Shown: positions 37,549 through 45,537 of the stretch, piece after piece
Layout: each line of letters starts with the position of its first letter
How positions within the stretch are numbered: the stretch's first letter is position 1
Assembly (NCBI GenBank): GCA_040390045.1
Contig: JAZJZC010000001.1
Location: 172,005 to 236,004, forward strand
Length of the DNA: 64,000 bases
Source of the DNA: Patescibacteria group bacterium
GTDB taxonomy: Bacteria; Patescibacteriota; Minisyncoccia; Phycocordibacterales; SIBU01
Reading direction: 5' to 3'
Translations under genes and position numbers: made by a program
Notes under the pieces: model-generated
Told to the model about the DNA's origin: nothing
Seen by the model: the letters and a program-made list of their open reading frames with translations, nothing else
Database searches by the model: none

Positions 37549-37806
37549 TTAGGATATCTTACTAAAAAGTTGGGCGACTTTCAATTTAATAATTAAAAAC
37601 AAATAGACAATTTCGAGAACGCCAGCGGTGTTGACCAAGAGCATCACCACAAACCAGTACTCCTGTCCACGTCTACCCGAATGCCAAAGCGCAAGTCCTT
37701 TCCAAAAAAGACTCCAGAGAATTAAAAGTAATAATGCCGGCCCAAACACATGAATCCACGCCGGCGCACCAGCACCCATTCCAAAAGTTGCATTAAAATT
37801 GTTCAT
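37549..37806 (-). CDS. Small membrane protein
   Basis: Two TM helices; 85 aa. Confidence 0.35.
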   Translation of the reverse strand: MNNFNATFGMGAGAPAWIHVFGPALLLLILWSLFWKGLALWHSGRRGQEYWFVVMLLVNTAGVLEIVYLFLIIKLKVAQLFSKIS

Positions 37807-37851
37807 ACACCTAAGACGTTAGTAATGTATGTATATTACGTTGCAAATTCC

Positions 37852-38394
37852 CTACTTACTTTTCATCAAACTCGCTAATTTTCTAACTGTGTTCACATTT
37901 CTCGCCGTCATGTGTTTATACAGCGGTGTCCCAATAAATTTTCTCATGCCACTTTTGGTGTAGCCTTTTCTATCGAGGCTCCAAATTATCGCGCCGTCGA
38001 TGTATTTCAACTTGTCGACTTCTGGATGCGCAACGATAAGATTAAGCGAGCTTTTTGTATCAAACTCTTCCCACAAAAATAAAATGTCGGTTTTTGTTTT
38101 GGTGTCGTTGGTCCAATCAAGCGGAATATTCTTGGAAATTTTTTCAATATTTTTAGCGTTTCGTACCACCGATCTAACAGCAAATCCAAAATGATCCTGT
38201 AAGGCTTTTTCGATCTCCTGTGCCAATTCCAAATGACCTCGCTCCTTTCCATCGAAAATTACATTCCCAGAATTGATGTAGGTTGAAACATTTTTAAACC
38301 CAAGAGCTTCGAAAACTTTTCTCAGTCTCGGCATTTCCACCTTACTATTTCCTCCAACATTTATACCGCGAAGTAGCGCAACGTATTTTTGCAT
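37852..38394 (-). CDS. DUF1697-family protein (start at internal ATG 38394)
   Basis: YVALLRGINVGGNSKV N-terminal motif characteristic of DUF1697. Confidence 0.7.
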   Translation of the reverse strand: MQKYVALLRGINVGGNSKVEMPRLRKVFEALGFKNVSTYINSGNVIFDGKERGHLELAQEIEKALQDHFGFAVRSVVRNAKNIEKISKNIPLDWTNDTKTKTDILFLWEEFDTKSSLNLIVAHPEVDKLKYIDGAIIWSLDRKGYTKSGMRKFIGTPLYKHMTARNVNTVRKLASLMKSK

Positions 38395-38404
38395 AAAATT
38401 CTGT

Positions 38405-38656
38405 TTAACGATGAATACAGCCCACCCAACAACACGGCCGGCGCATTCCACCTGAGAGTTTAGAAAGTGCCTTCTTGATACGGATATTTCTGGTTTCTTC
38501 TTTTTTACCAGAGATCACCCAGCAAATCCATTCATTGCGTGCAAGAGGCGTAATATCCTCCCATATTGCCAATGACTTTGGCGTCGAAAGAATGGCTTTT
38601 TGCAAATCATCTGGCATTTCATGGACGACACCACCCGGAAGTTTTTTTGAGGTCAT
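38405..38656 (-). CDS. YdeI/OmpD-associated (OmdA) family protein
   Basis: LPGGVVHEMPDDLQKAI...IWEDITPLARNEWICWV pattern. Confidence 0.6.
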   Translation of the reverse strand: MTSKKLPGGVVHEMPDDLQKAILSTPKSLAIWEDITPLARNEWICWVISGKKEETRNIRIKKALSKLSGGMRRPCCWVGCIHR

Positions 38657-38659
38657 TTG

Positions 38660-39031
38660 TTATTTTTTATTAGACATCGAACTCTGTGCAACCCTAAACT
38701 TTACTATTTTTGCAACAAGTGTGAGTGGTAATTTTTTATCGAGTGAAAATTGAATAGTTCCTTTTGACGTGACGTACGGGGCTAATTCTTTTTTAAACTT
38801 CTCAACACCCGCCGAACCTGGGAAAAAACTAACATGATCTTTGAATCCTCCAAAATGCACGAGATTTTTCTTCTGAAATTTAAAGGTTGGTATTCCATAG
38901 CTAATCGCCTCTTCGGTCTTTGGCCCCGCCTTCTTAATCGTCGCGCGCATTTGCTTGAGAAGCATCTGCACTTTTTTTGGATACCCTTGTATGTAACTAT
39001 CGATATCTTTGTAGGTGTTCGTATTTCGCAT
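38660..39031 (-). CDS. DUF1801 (YdhG-like) domain protein
   Basis: DSYIQGYPKKVQMLLKQMRATIKKAGP...ISYGIPTFKF pattern. Confidence 0.7.
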   Translation of the reverse strand: MRNTNTYKDIDSYIQGYPKKVQMLLKQMRATIKKAGPKTEEAISYGIPTFKFQKKNLVHFGGFKDHVSFFPGSAGVEKFKKELAPYVTSKGTIQFSLDKKLPLTLVAKIVKFRVAQSSMSNKK

Positions 39032-39040
39032 TCTGCTGAT

Positions 39041-39883
39041 TTAGAAAGCTCGTATTCGTTTTGCAATTTCGTACTGCTTTTCAGTAAGCTCTAAATTGCA
39101 TTTTTTGCATTTATAAAGGTTCACTCCTCCTTCAAAACCAGCCATACCATGTGCACCAGTGACAGAATCATAGACCGACAGAGCCCAAGGATCATTTGGA
39201 TTGCCGCCTAGAGAAAAACCGTATGTCCCACAGCGAGGGCATTGTTCACCTGAATGAAAAAAACTGTTTGTCTGTATAACATCGTCGTACATTGAAACCA
39301 CAAACCTATTATCTGAACGTTTTATCATCTTTTCAACCTCTTCTTCCAACACTTTCTCGAGTTCTGCTTCGGTATATTTCTTTTTCGGCTTTGAATTTTT
39401 TATATTCTCTTTACCAAATAAAGCTGTTGCAATCGGTGATACCTTTTCCCAAATAGTACCCATCTTCTTTAAAACATCTTCTGAGTCAAATATAATTTGA
39501 TCTTCGGACTTGTAACCGTGTACAAAATAATTTCGTAACTCATAGATATCGCTGATAGCCTGAAATTCGTCTTCCGTGAAAATATTTTTGAAGATGATTT
39601 TGAATCGACCCAATATTTCCTTTATCCTTGCTGTTTCAATATCCTTCTCTTTTTTTAAAGCAATTATGGACAAAGAGTTACTGTCCTGAATATACTTAGT
39701 ATCAAAAACTAAAAGAGGGTTCTTATTATGAAGTTTGATTTTTAGAATTTTTTCAACGGCTATACAGAATGAAACGATATTATCTGGAATCTCTTTTTCA
39801 GCAGAATTCTCGGAGCTTAAAAACTCCTCAACACGAGAATAAAGGAATAGTAAATACTTATGCGAAGATTTCTTTTTTGTCAT
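39041..39883 (-). CDS. HEPN-motif protein with C-terminal zinc ribbon (putative standalone RNase/abortive-infection-like toxin)
   Basis: Canonical HEPN motif ELRNYFVHG (R-N-x3-H); C-terminal CPRCG...CKKCN Cys pairs; very AT-rich gene. Confidence 0.4.
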   Translation of the reverse strand: MTKKKSSHKYLLFLYSRVEEFLSSENSAEKEIPDNIVSFCIAVEKILKIKLHNKNPLLVFDTKYIQDSNSLSIIALKKEKDIETARIKEILGRFKIIFKNIFTEDEFQAISDIYELRNYFVHGYKSEDQIIFDSEDVLKKMGTIWEKVSPIATALFGKENIKNSKPKKKYTEAELEKVLEEEVEKMIKRSDNRFVVSMYDDVIQTNSFFHSGEQCPRCGTYGFSLGGNPNDPWALSVYDSVTGAHGMAGFEGGVNLYKCKKCNLELTEKQYEIAKRIRAF

Positions 39884-40030
39884 TGATATATAGAGGTCAG
39901 AATCTATCTTAAGCTGGCTAGGTCCAGCGAACGAAATTGAGCTCAGTCAGGAATTATTTATAAAATCTGTGTCCTAATAATTTTACCAACCAATCAGTGA
40001 ATTTTCATATATTTTACTTTGGCTAACCCA

Positions 40031-40642
40031 TTAACTTTGCGCATTCGTTTTGAGTGCTCCATCGAACTCGTAGGTAGCAAAAATGAGGCCGGTCTTCCCT
40101 ATCTTTGAATCAACAAGCTTGAAATTCTCGGCCTGAGTTCCCTCCGCGAAAAGCCGCTTGCCTGTGCCGATTGTAATCGGGTGTATCCACAAATGCATCC
40201 GATCGATCAAATGATTTTCGAGCAAAGTCTGGATAAGATTTCCACTGCCCCACACCCACAAATCCGGACCATCCATTTCTTTAAGTTTTTTAATCTCTGC
40301 CACCACACTACTTGAAATACAAACTGAGTTATTCCACTCCGGCTTAAAAGATTCATGCGACACCACGTATTTTTTTGTCTTATTAAACGGATTTGCCACC
40401 TCAAGATCTGTTTTGGCGGTAGGCCAAAATCCAGCAAAAATATCGTAGGTAATCTTACCGAGAAGAAGTTCAAATGGAATAGTAAAGAATCCACCCAAGA
40501 TGGGCAACAGTTCCTCGTCTTGGGGAAAAGACATTTGCCAACCGCCGTATTTAAAACCATTTGAAGTATCCTCTTCCTTCCCTCCTGGCGCCTGCATCAC
40601 GCCGTCTAACGTAACAAAAGTTGTGGTGATTATTTTTCTCAT
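40031..40642 (-). CDS. Dihydrofolate-reductase-family protein (RibD C-terminal-like, YwjB type)
   Basis: MRKIITTTFVTLDGVMQAPGG ... WVWGSGNLIQTLL pattern. Confidence 0.8.
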   Translation of the reverse strand: MRKIITTTFVTLDGVMQAPGGKEEDTSNGFKYGGWQMSFPQDEELLPILGGFFTIPFELLLGKITYDIFAGFWPTAKTDLEVANPFNKTKKYVVSHESFKPEWNNSVCISSSVVAEIKKLKEMDGPDLWVWGSGNLIQTLLENHLIDRMHLWIHPITIGTGKRLFAEGTQAENFKLVDSKIGKTGLIFATYEFDGALKTNAQS

Positions 40643-40654
40643 ACATATATACTA

Positions 40655-41020
40655 TTACTTTCGTAAGATTTTCTCCATAGTTTTCCCTTTTGCCAATTCA
40701 TCAATTAATTTGTCTAGGTAGCGAACTTCCCGCGTAAGCGGATCTTTAATTTCTTCTATTCGAACACCACAAATCACACCTGTGATCAAAGAACGCGAAG
40801 GATTCATATTAGGAGCTTCTGCAAAAAACGCCTCGAAGGTATTTTGCTTCTTCACTTGTGATTCCAAACCTTTTTCCGCATATCCAGTCAACCAGCAGAT
40901 AACTTGATCAACTTCCATTTTTGTCCGCCCCTTTCGCTCTGCTTTTGCAATGTACATGGGATACACAGCTGAGAACTTCATAGTGCGCATCCGATTTTTT
41001 GTCGCCTCGTTTTCTTTCAT
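40655..41020 (-). CDS. DUF2200-family protein
   Basis: [34 protein letters not shown] pattern. Confidence 0.7.
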   Translation of the reverse strand: MKENEATKNRMRTMKFSAVYPMYIAKAERKGRTKMEVDQVICWLTGYAEKGLESQVKKQNTFEAFFAEAPNMNPSRSLITGVICGVRIEEIKDPLTREVRYLDKLIDELAKGKTMEKILRK

Positions 41021-41130
41021 GTTTTGATTATATCAAAAATTTACGAGATGGTATCTGGACGATTTGTAAGCTTCAAGGGGTATGTTAAAATAATTGCATA
41101 TGAATCCCGTAGTAGATTTTTGATTCGATT

Positions 41131-41421
41131 ATGTTCTATGTTTATATTTTACAAAGCAAGAAAAACAACGAACTGTATATAGGTTATACTGAGGACCTCA
41201 AGAAAAGAATTTTAGAACATAATCAAGGATTAAATTTTTCGACCAAAAGATACATGCCATGGGAGATTATTTATTATGAAGCCTGCAAAGAACAGTCCGA
41301 TGCCCGACGTAGAGAGAAATATTTAAAAACTACACAAGGTGGTAGACTGATAAAAAGGAGAATAAAAGATTACTTGTATGTGTCGAAAAATTTAACAAAT
41401 CAAAAATTCACTACAGGATGA
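41131..41421 (+). CDS. GIY-YIG nuclease-family protein (UPF0213-like)
   Basis: FYVYILQS...ELYIGYTEDLKKRILEHN GIY-YIG motifs. Confidence 0.8.
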   Translation: MFYVYILQSKKNNELYIGYTEDLKKRILEHNQGLNFSTKRYMPWEIIYYEACKEQSDARRREKYLKTTQGGRLIKRRIKDYLYVSKNLTNQKFTTG

Positions 41422-41903
41422 AATCAATACCTAAAAATACAATTTGTCTTTGGTACGAAAAAGATGCGGAAGCCGCGGCTAACTTTTATGCTGCTACTTT
41501 TCCAGATAGTGCAGTAGGCGCTGTTACCAACGCCCCCAGTGATTTTCCTGATGGCAAGAAAGGCGATGCGCTAACGGTGGAGTTCACAGTCTGTGGAATT
41601 CCCTGTATCGCTATTAATGGCGGCCCAACCTTTAAACAGAGTGAGGCATTTTCCTTTCAAATAATGACAGAGGATCAGGAAGAAACGGATCGTTATTGGA
41701 ACGCGATTGTCAAAAATGGTGGCGAGGAAAGCCAGTGTGGTTGGTGCAAAGATCGCTGGGGACTATCTTGGCAGATTACACCGCGCACTTTGACCGAAGC
41801 TATGGCTGCTGGTGGTGCTGAGGCAAAACGCGCTTTCGAAGCGATGATGAAGATGCAGAAAATAGATGTCGCTGCTATTGATGCTGCCCGACGAACAAAG
41901 TGA
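41418..41903 (+). CDS. VOC/glyoxalase-superfamily protein (PhnB-like)
   Basis: ICLWYEKDAEAAANFYAATFPDS...CGWCKDRWGLSWQI pattern; ~50% GC. Confidence 0.8.
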   Translation: MKSIPKNTICLWYEKDAEAAANFYAATFPDSAVGAVTNAPSDFPDGKKGDALTVEFTVCGIPCIAINGGPTFKQSEAFSFQIMTEDQEETDRYWNAIVKNGGEESQCGWCKDRWGLSWQITPRTLTEAMAAGGAEAKRAFEAMMKMQKIDVAAIDAARRTK

Positions 41904-41983
41904 GCGGAGCAATCGTCGTATGACGGTAACCCGGCGAACTAAGTGAGCGGAGCAATCGTCGTATGACGGCAACCCGACGAGAT
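41898..41983. repeat. Tandem direct repeat, 2 x 43 bp (aagtgagcggagcaatcgtcgtatgacgg[t/c]aacccg[g/a]cga...)
   Basis: Units at 41898-41940 and 41941-41983 differ at about five positions; first unit overlaps the PhnB-like stop codon. Confidence 0.7.
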
Positions 41984-41996
41984 AAGTAAGGAAAAA

Positions 41997-42431
41997 TTAT
42001 TTCTTACGATTGACTGCAAGTTTGATAATTTTTTCAAGCTCTTTTGTATTAATATCGGAAAGTTTGTTGATGTAAAGACATCCTCCTCCTTCTTTATACT
42101 TACCTAATTTTAAAAGAAAGTCATTTTCTTTTCTCTTTTCTTTTAAACCACCGAGGGTCATTTTGAAAATCTTTAAACCATAGAGAGCGATGTTTTGTTT
42201 GCGTGGAGCAAAACCAATCTTCATCCATTCTGCCTCTTTACCATTTGCATATGTGTACTTCATTCGACCGAAACCAACAATCAATGCACCCCACATTTCT
42301 GGTTTGGTTTTAGTTACTTTCTCCATTATTTTAGAAATTTCGAAACAATCATTACGTCTCTCTTCATCTTTGATTGTGCTCAAAAATTTCTCCACACTGG
42401 CTTTATTCACTTTTGTTTTTAGTTCGGACAT
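41997..42431 (-). CDS. DUF1801 (YdhG-like) domain protein
   Basis: KVNKASVEKFLSTIKDEERRNDCFEISKIM pattern; second DUF1801 paralogue in the island. Confidence 0.6.
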   Translation of the reverse strand: MSELKTKVNKASVEKFLSTIKDEERRNDCFEISKIMEKVTKTKPEMWGALIVGFGRMKYTYANGKEAEWMKIGFAPRKQNIALYGLKIFKMTLGGLKEKRKENDFLLKLGKYKEGGGCLYINKLSDINTKELEKIIKLAVNRKK

Positions 42432-42489
42432 AAATATTTTTGCTGGGAGTTTGATAAAATACTAGAACCAATTTGGAGTATGATTGTTT

Positions 42490-42667
42490 TAGGTTTATTG
42501 TAACTGCGGATTCATCCTCGCCCGCTCTGGGGCAAGGATGAATCCGCAACGAATGGTTGCGTCGGCGGAGCCGACTCTTCTACAACAAAGTTTGCCCTGG
42601 TTCCTCGCCTATTACCCGCCGAGTCCGCGAGGACGCCGCTGCGGCGGGGATAGGACGAGGACAAACT
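42490..42667. ncRNA. GC-rich, highly self-complementary intergenic segment (candidate structured RNA or leader); family not identified
   Basis: ~62% GC in an AT-rich locus; nested inverted repeats (gcggattcatcctcgccc/gggcaaggatgaatccgc; gtcggc/gccgac; aagtttgccc.../...ggacaaactt). Confidence 0.25.
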
Positions 42668-43012
42668 TTATTTCTGACTAACTATGTCGACTGAGATCTC
42701 TACCGCTGGAATGGTTCCCTTGTTCTCGAGCCAGTGTGTAGTGTTGCTATCCTCCGGCCAGCCAACCCCAGGCCCGTAGTCAGTATCTACACCATTTCTA
42801 TGGTCAGTAATGACTCCGTGTAAAATAAAAACAACACCTGGTCTGCCTGCATGATCATGAATTGGACCAAAGACGCCTCCAGGCTCGACAGTAAACTTAC
42901 GCATTCGAAGTTGATGCCCCGCCATGCCCTTGATCTCAGGACCAAGGTCAATAGTTGCAAGTAATTCCACGGTAACGTCCTTCATCTCATGTAAAATTTT
43001 TTTGTTGCCCAT
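42668..43012 (-). CDS. Cupin-domain protein
   Basis: Cupin motifs G(x)5HxH-like (GPIHDHAGRPGVVFILHG) and downstream His. Confidence 0.65.
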   Translation of the reverse strand: MGNKKILHEMKDVTVELLATIDLGPEIKGMAGHQLRMRKFTVEPGGVFGPIHDHAGRPGVVFILHGVITDHRNGVDTDYGPGVGWPEDSNTTHWLENKGTIPAVEISVDIVSQK

Positions 43013-43068
43013 GGATTTATTATATCAAAATGCTAAATGGCCGTCTGGGACGAAGTTAGAACTTTTTT

Positions 43069-43401
43069 TTAAAAACTTACAACTAAAAAACCCGCAACGG
43101 AAATTAAGACTGCACCAACGACTGACTGCCAAGAGTGATATTGTTTCCAGTGATCGTCCGGCCAATCCCAAGTTTTAAAAATAAAAAATAAAGGTATTTC
43201 ATCTACAACCAAAGCGGTTCCTACAGCAAGCAACACAGTCCAGTGAATCATAAAATATAATGCCACAAGTATGATACCGTGCATATAATGGTGTGGTTGA
43301 ATACTCAAAATCTTTTTTCCATGTATGTGAAAAAAGGTAAGAAATATTCTTGTAACAAGAATGGTTAGAGCGTATATTAAAAATAAATAACTGAAAGACA
43401 T
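43069..43401 (-). CDS. Hypothetical membrane protein
   Basis: Three or four TM helices; His/Trp-rich loops. Confidence 0.4.
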   Translation of the reverse strand: MSFSYLFLIYALTILVTRIFLTFFHIHGKKILSIQPHHYMHGIILVALYFMIHWTVLLAVGTALVVDEIPLFFIFKTWDWPDDHWKQYHSWQSVVGAVLISVAGFLVVSF

Positions 43402-43431
43402 ACGCCGAAAATTATAACACCGCTGACATGT

Positions 43432-43914
43432 TTAGTTCAGAATCCAAATCGAGTAATTGAGATACGCCGCAAAACTGACCCATAGAATATAGGGCGCCAA
43501 AAGCCACGCGGTGGGTTTGGAGATTTTGACAAAGGTGATGATCGTGACAAGAATAGCGAGCCACAGGAAGACAATTTCAACCAGCGCGCCGCCCGGACTG
43601 TGCAGGCCGAAAAAAATAATCGACCAAAGCGTATTCAAGGTGAGCTGGCTAGCAAAGATACCGAGAGCGATTTTTACATCCCTGCGCTCCAATCCTTTTT
43701 TCCAAATCAAAAATGCCGCGACACCCATAAGAGCAAAGAGTGTAGTCCAGACCGGTGCAAACACCCACGCTGGAGGATTGAAGCTCGGTTTAATAATACC
43801 CGCATACCAGCCAGTGATGGAGGGAGTCGTAAAGACCGAACCGATGATGCCGGCAAGTTCTGAAATGACAATAGCGATGATAAGTTTGAATGTGTTGTTG
43901 AACTTCATAGACAC
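43432..43914 (-). CDS. tspO: TspO/MBR-family (tryptophan-rich sensory protein)
   Basis: Five TM helices with conserved Trp/Pro pattern (WYAGIIKPSFNPPAWVFAPVWTTLFALMG...LNTLWS...LAPYILWVSFAAYLN). Confidence 0.85.
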   Translation of the reverse strand: MSMKFNNTFKLIIAIVISELAGIIGSVFTTPSITGWYAGIIKPSFNPPAWVFAPVWTTLFALMGVAAFLIWKKGLERRDVKIALGIFASQLTLNTLWSIIFFGLHSPGGALVEIVFLWLAILVTIITFVKISKPTAWLLAPYILWVSFAAYLNYSIWILN

Positions 43915-43968
43915 ATTTTACTCTTTTTTATATTTATTGCGACGAGGGAGAAGGCGTATCAACCGTGA

Positions 43969-43998
43969 TACGCTTAAAAATCGGCTGGGGGACTTGGA
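43969..43998. repeat. 30-bp exact direct copy of the tRNA-Gln 3' end plus flank (tacgcttaaaaatcggctgggggacttgga); att-like
   Basis: Identical to 45442-45471, which spans the tRNA T-stem 3' half, acceptor 3' strand and 16 nt of trailer. Confidence 0.7.
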
Positions 43999-44251
43999 CC
44001 GCGGGTACGCTTATATCCTTCGACTTAAATTTTTCGTCAAAAATTAAACAATTTTTACGCCTTTGGTTCACGTCTTGTGTCCTTGCCAGACATCCGCGAC
44101 GTGAATTGAAGCTTTTTTATTATCGAGCACTTCGCTTGTAAAAAACATCAATTCGGCTGGGCTCCTCGGTCTCGTATATTTACCCATCAAGCCACATAAG
44201 GCTTTTTTGATTGATTTTATTCTACCATTTCGATGCTCCTCGGAACGAGAA

Positions 44252-44755
44252 TCAGCATTTGTCTCCGAGTATTTCTTGGTCCAACTTTTTTAACGCATCA
44301 AATATCTTCTGTATACGATGTGGAGTCGCTCGGACGCTCTTCCCGCCTTGAGTTATTTCTCTTTTAATAAAGCTATCAAGAAAGTTTTCTACAACTTTTA
44401 GGTGCTCCTTCCTTATATATCCAGCCTTGGCTTCAAACTCATTCTTTATATTTAGAATATGTAGCCTCCACTGATCGTTAATAGGATTAATGTCACCAAA
44501 CTTCTTTAAAATAGCACGGGTATCATCAATGGTCGGTTCAGCAGAAATTTCAGTTAATAATTCATCCCTATTAATATTTAAAGCTCTAATCATTAACAAA
44601 TTATAGGTTAAAGATCCATACAATCTTTCTTGAGTCAGATTTTTCCATTTTGCTTTTTCTTGAAAAGATTCCTTTATCCAGTTAAGTACTACCCCAACTA
44701 CCGTAGCAACTAGAGTAGAACTTATTATTGCCCAGAATATACTTTCAGTAATCAT
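44252..44755 (-). CDS. Hypothetical membrane-anchored coiled-coil protein (cassette gene 2)
   Basis: Single N-terminal TM (IFWAIISSTLVATVVGVVL) then ~140 aa helical soluble domain. Confidence 0.4.
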   Translation of the reverse strand: MITESIFWAIISSTLVATVVGVVLNWIKESFQEKAKWKNLTQERLYGSLTYNLLMIRALNINRDELLTEISAEPTIDDTRAILKKFGDINPINDQWRLHILNIKNEFEAKAGYIRKEHLKVVENFLDSFIKREITQGGKSVRATPHRIQKIFDALKKLDQEILGDKC

Positions 44756-44757
44756 GA

Positions 44758-45204
44758 TTATTTTTTGAAAACTAAAAAATATGGGAGTTTATCCATTCCT
44801 GTATAGGTAAACATTTCATAATTTGCTCTACGGGCAGTTTCAGAAAGACGATAGTTGGAGAGATTCTTTTTTGGAACAAAGGGATAAAACCTTACCTCTT
44901 GTTTTGTCTCCCCTTTTTCTGACCATTTGAAATTTAAAAATAGAGGCGGGGTCATATAACCAGACTTTAAAACCTTATTCATTATCTGCCACCCAGCACC
45001 AAAGACTACGGATTTAGGTTTACTTTGATTTGTTTTGACTTGTGCTCGGAAAGAGCAACCCGTGCACTGAACATCGTACAAAGGATAATTCGGTGGTAAT
45101 TTCATCAAACTTTTTCCGCAATTTGGACACGGAACAAGTTCGACAATTTCTTGTTCTCCTGAGTTTCCTGATTCTTTGTTAGTTATTTTCTTCATAGATT
45201 TCAA
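44758..45204 (-). CDS. Hypothetical zinc-ribbon protein (cassette gene 1)
   Basis: CPNCG...CTGC four-Cys ribbon at residues ~25-50, then ~95 aa domain of unknown fold; 2-bp gap to downstream gene. Confidence 0.4.
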   Translation of the reverse strand: MKSMKKITNKESGNSGEQEIVELVPCPNCGKSLMKLPPNYPLYDVQCTGCSFRAQVKTNQSKPKSVVFGAGWQIMNKVLKSGYMTPPLFLNFKWSEKGETKQEVRFYPFVPKKNLSNYRLSETARRANYEMFTYTGMDKLPYFLVFKK

Positions 45205-45233
45205 TGCTCTTCGGAGTCCGAACCTATCTCAAA

Positions 45234-45266
45234 CTGGCTGGGAACTTGGACCGCGAGTACGCGTAT
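45234..45266. repeat. Degenerate copy of the tRNA 3'-end/att-like repeat (ctggctgggaacttggaccgcgagtacgcgtat)
   Basis: ~28/32 identity to 43982-44014; a further weak copy near 44158-44180. Confidence 0.5.
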
Positions 45267-45457
45267 CGAAACTTACAGTTTCAGTACACCTTTCCCGTTT
45301 TTTCCTCATCTGAATGACTCAAAAACATGGGAGAAGGTCTTCGATTCCAGGACGAAAGTGCGTTTAGCACTTTCGTCCCCCATGACATTTTTATAGCAAT
45401 AAAACATGTCCGTCGAAATTTACTAATTTCGACGCGATTTTTACGCTTAAAAATCGG

Positions 45458-45528
45458 CTGGGGGACTTGGAATCGAACCAAAATTAACGGCTTCAAAGGC
45501 CGCTGTCCGACCATTAGACGATCCCCCA
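45458..45528 (-). tRNA. tRNA-Gln (anticodon UUG)
   Basis: Folded by hand: U1-A70 acceptor pair (typical of bacterial tRNA-Gln); D-stem gtct/ggac; anticodon stem gcggc/gccgt; loop cuUUGaa; T-arm tttgg-ttcgatt-ccaag; discriminator G; CCA not encoded. Confidence 0.75.
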
Positions 45529-45537
45529 ATGGCACTT

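Noticed and set aside
43982-44014. Partial tRNA-like sequences (copies of the tRNA-Gln 3' end) that might have been tRNA genes or pseudogenes
   Set aside because: They contain only the acceptor 3' strand and T-stem half plus trailer, with no T-loop, anticodon or D arm. They are interpreted as att-like repeats, not tRNAs.
45281-45535. 84-aa minus-strand ORF overlapping the tRNA-Gln
   Set aside because: It overlaps the tRNA and the att-like repeat region; its translation shows no features of a real protein.
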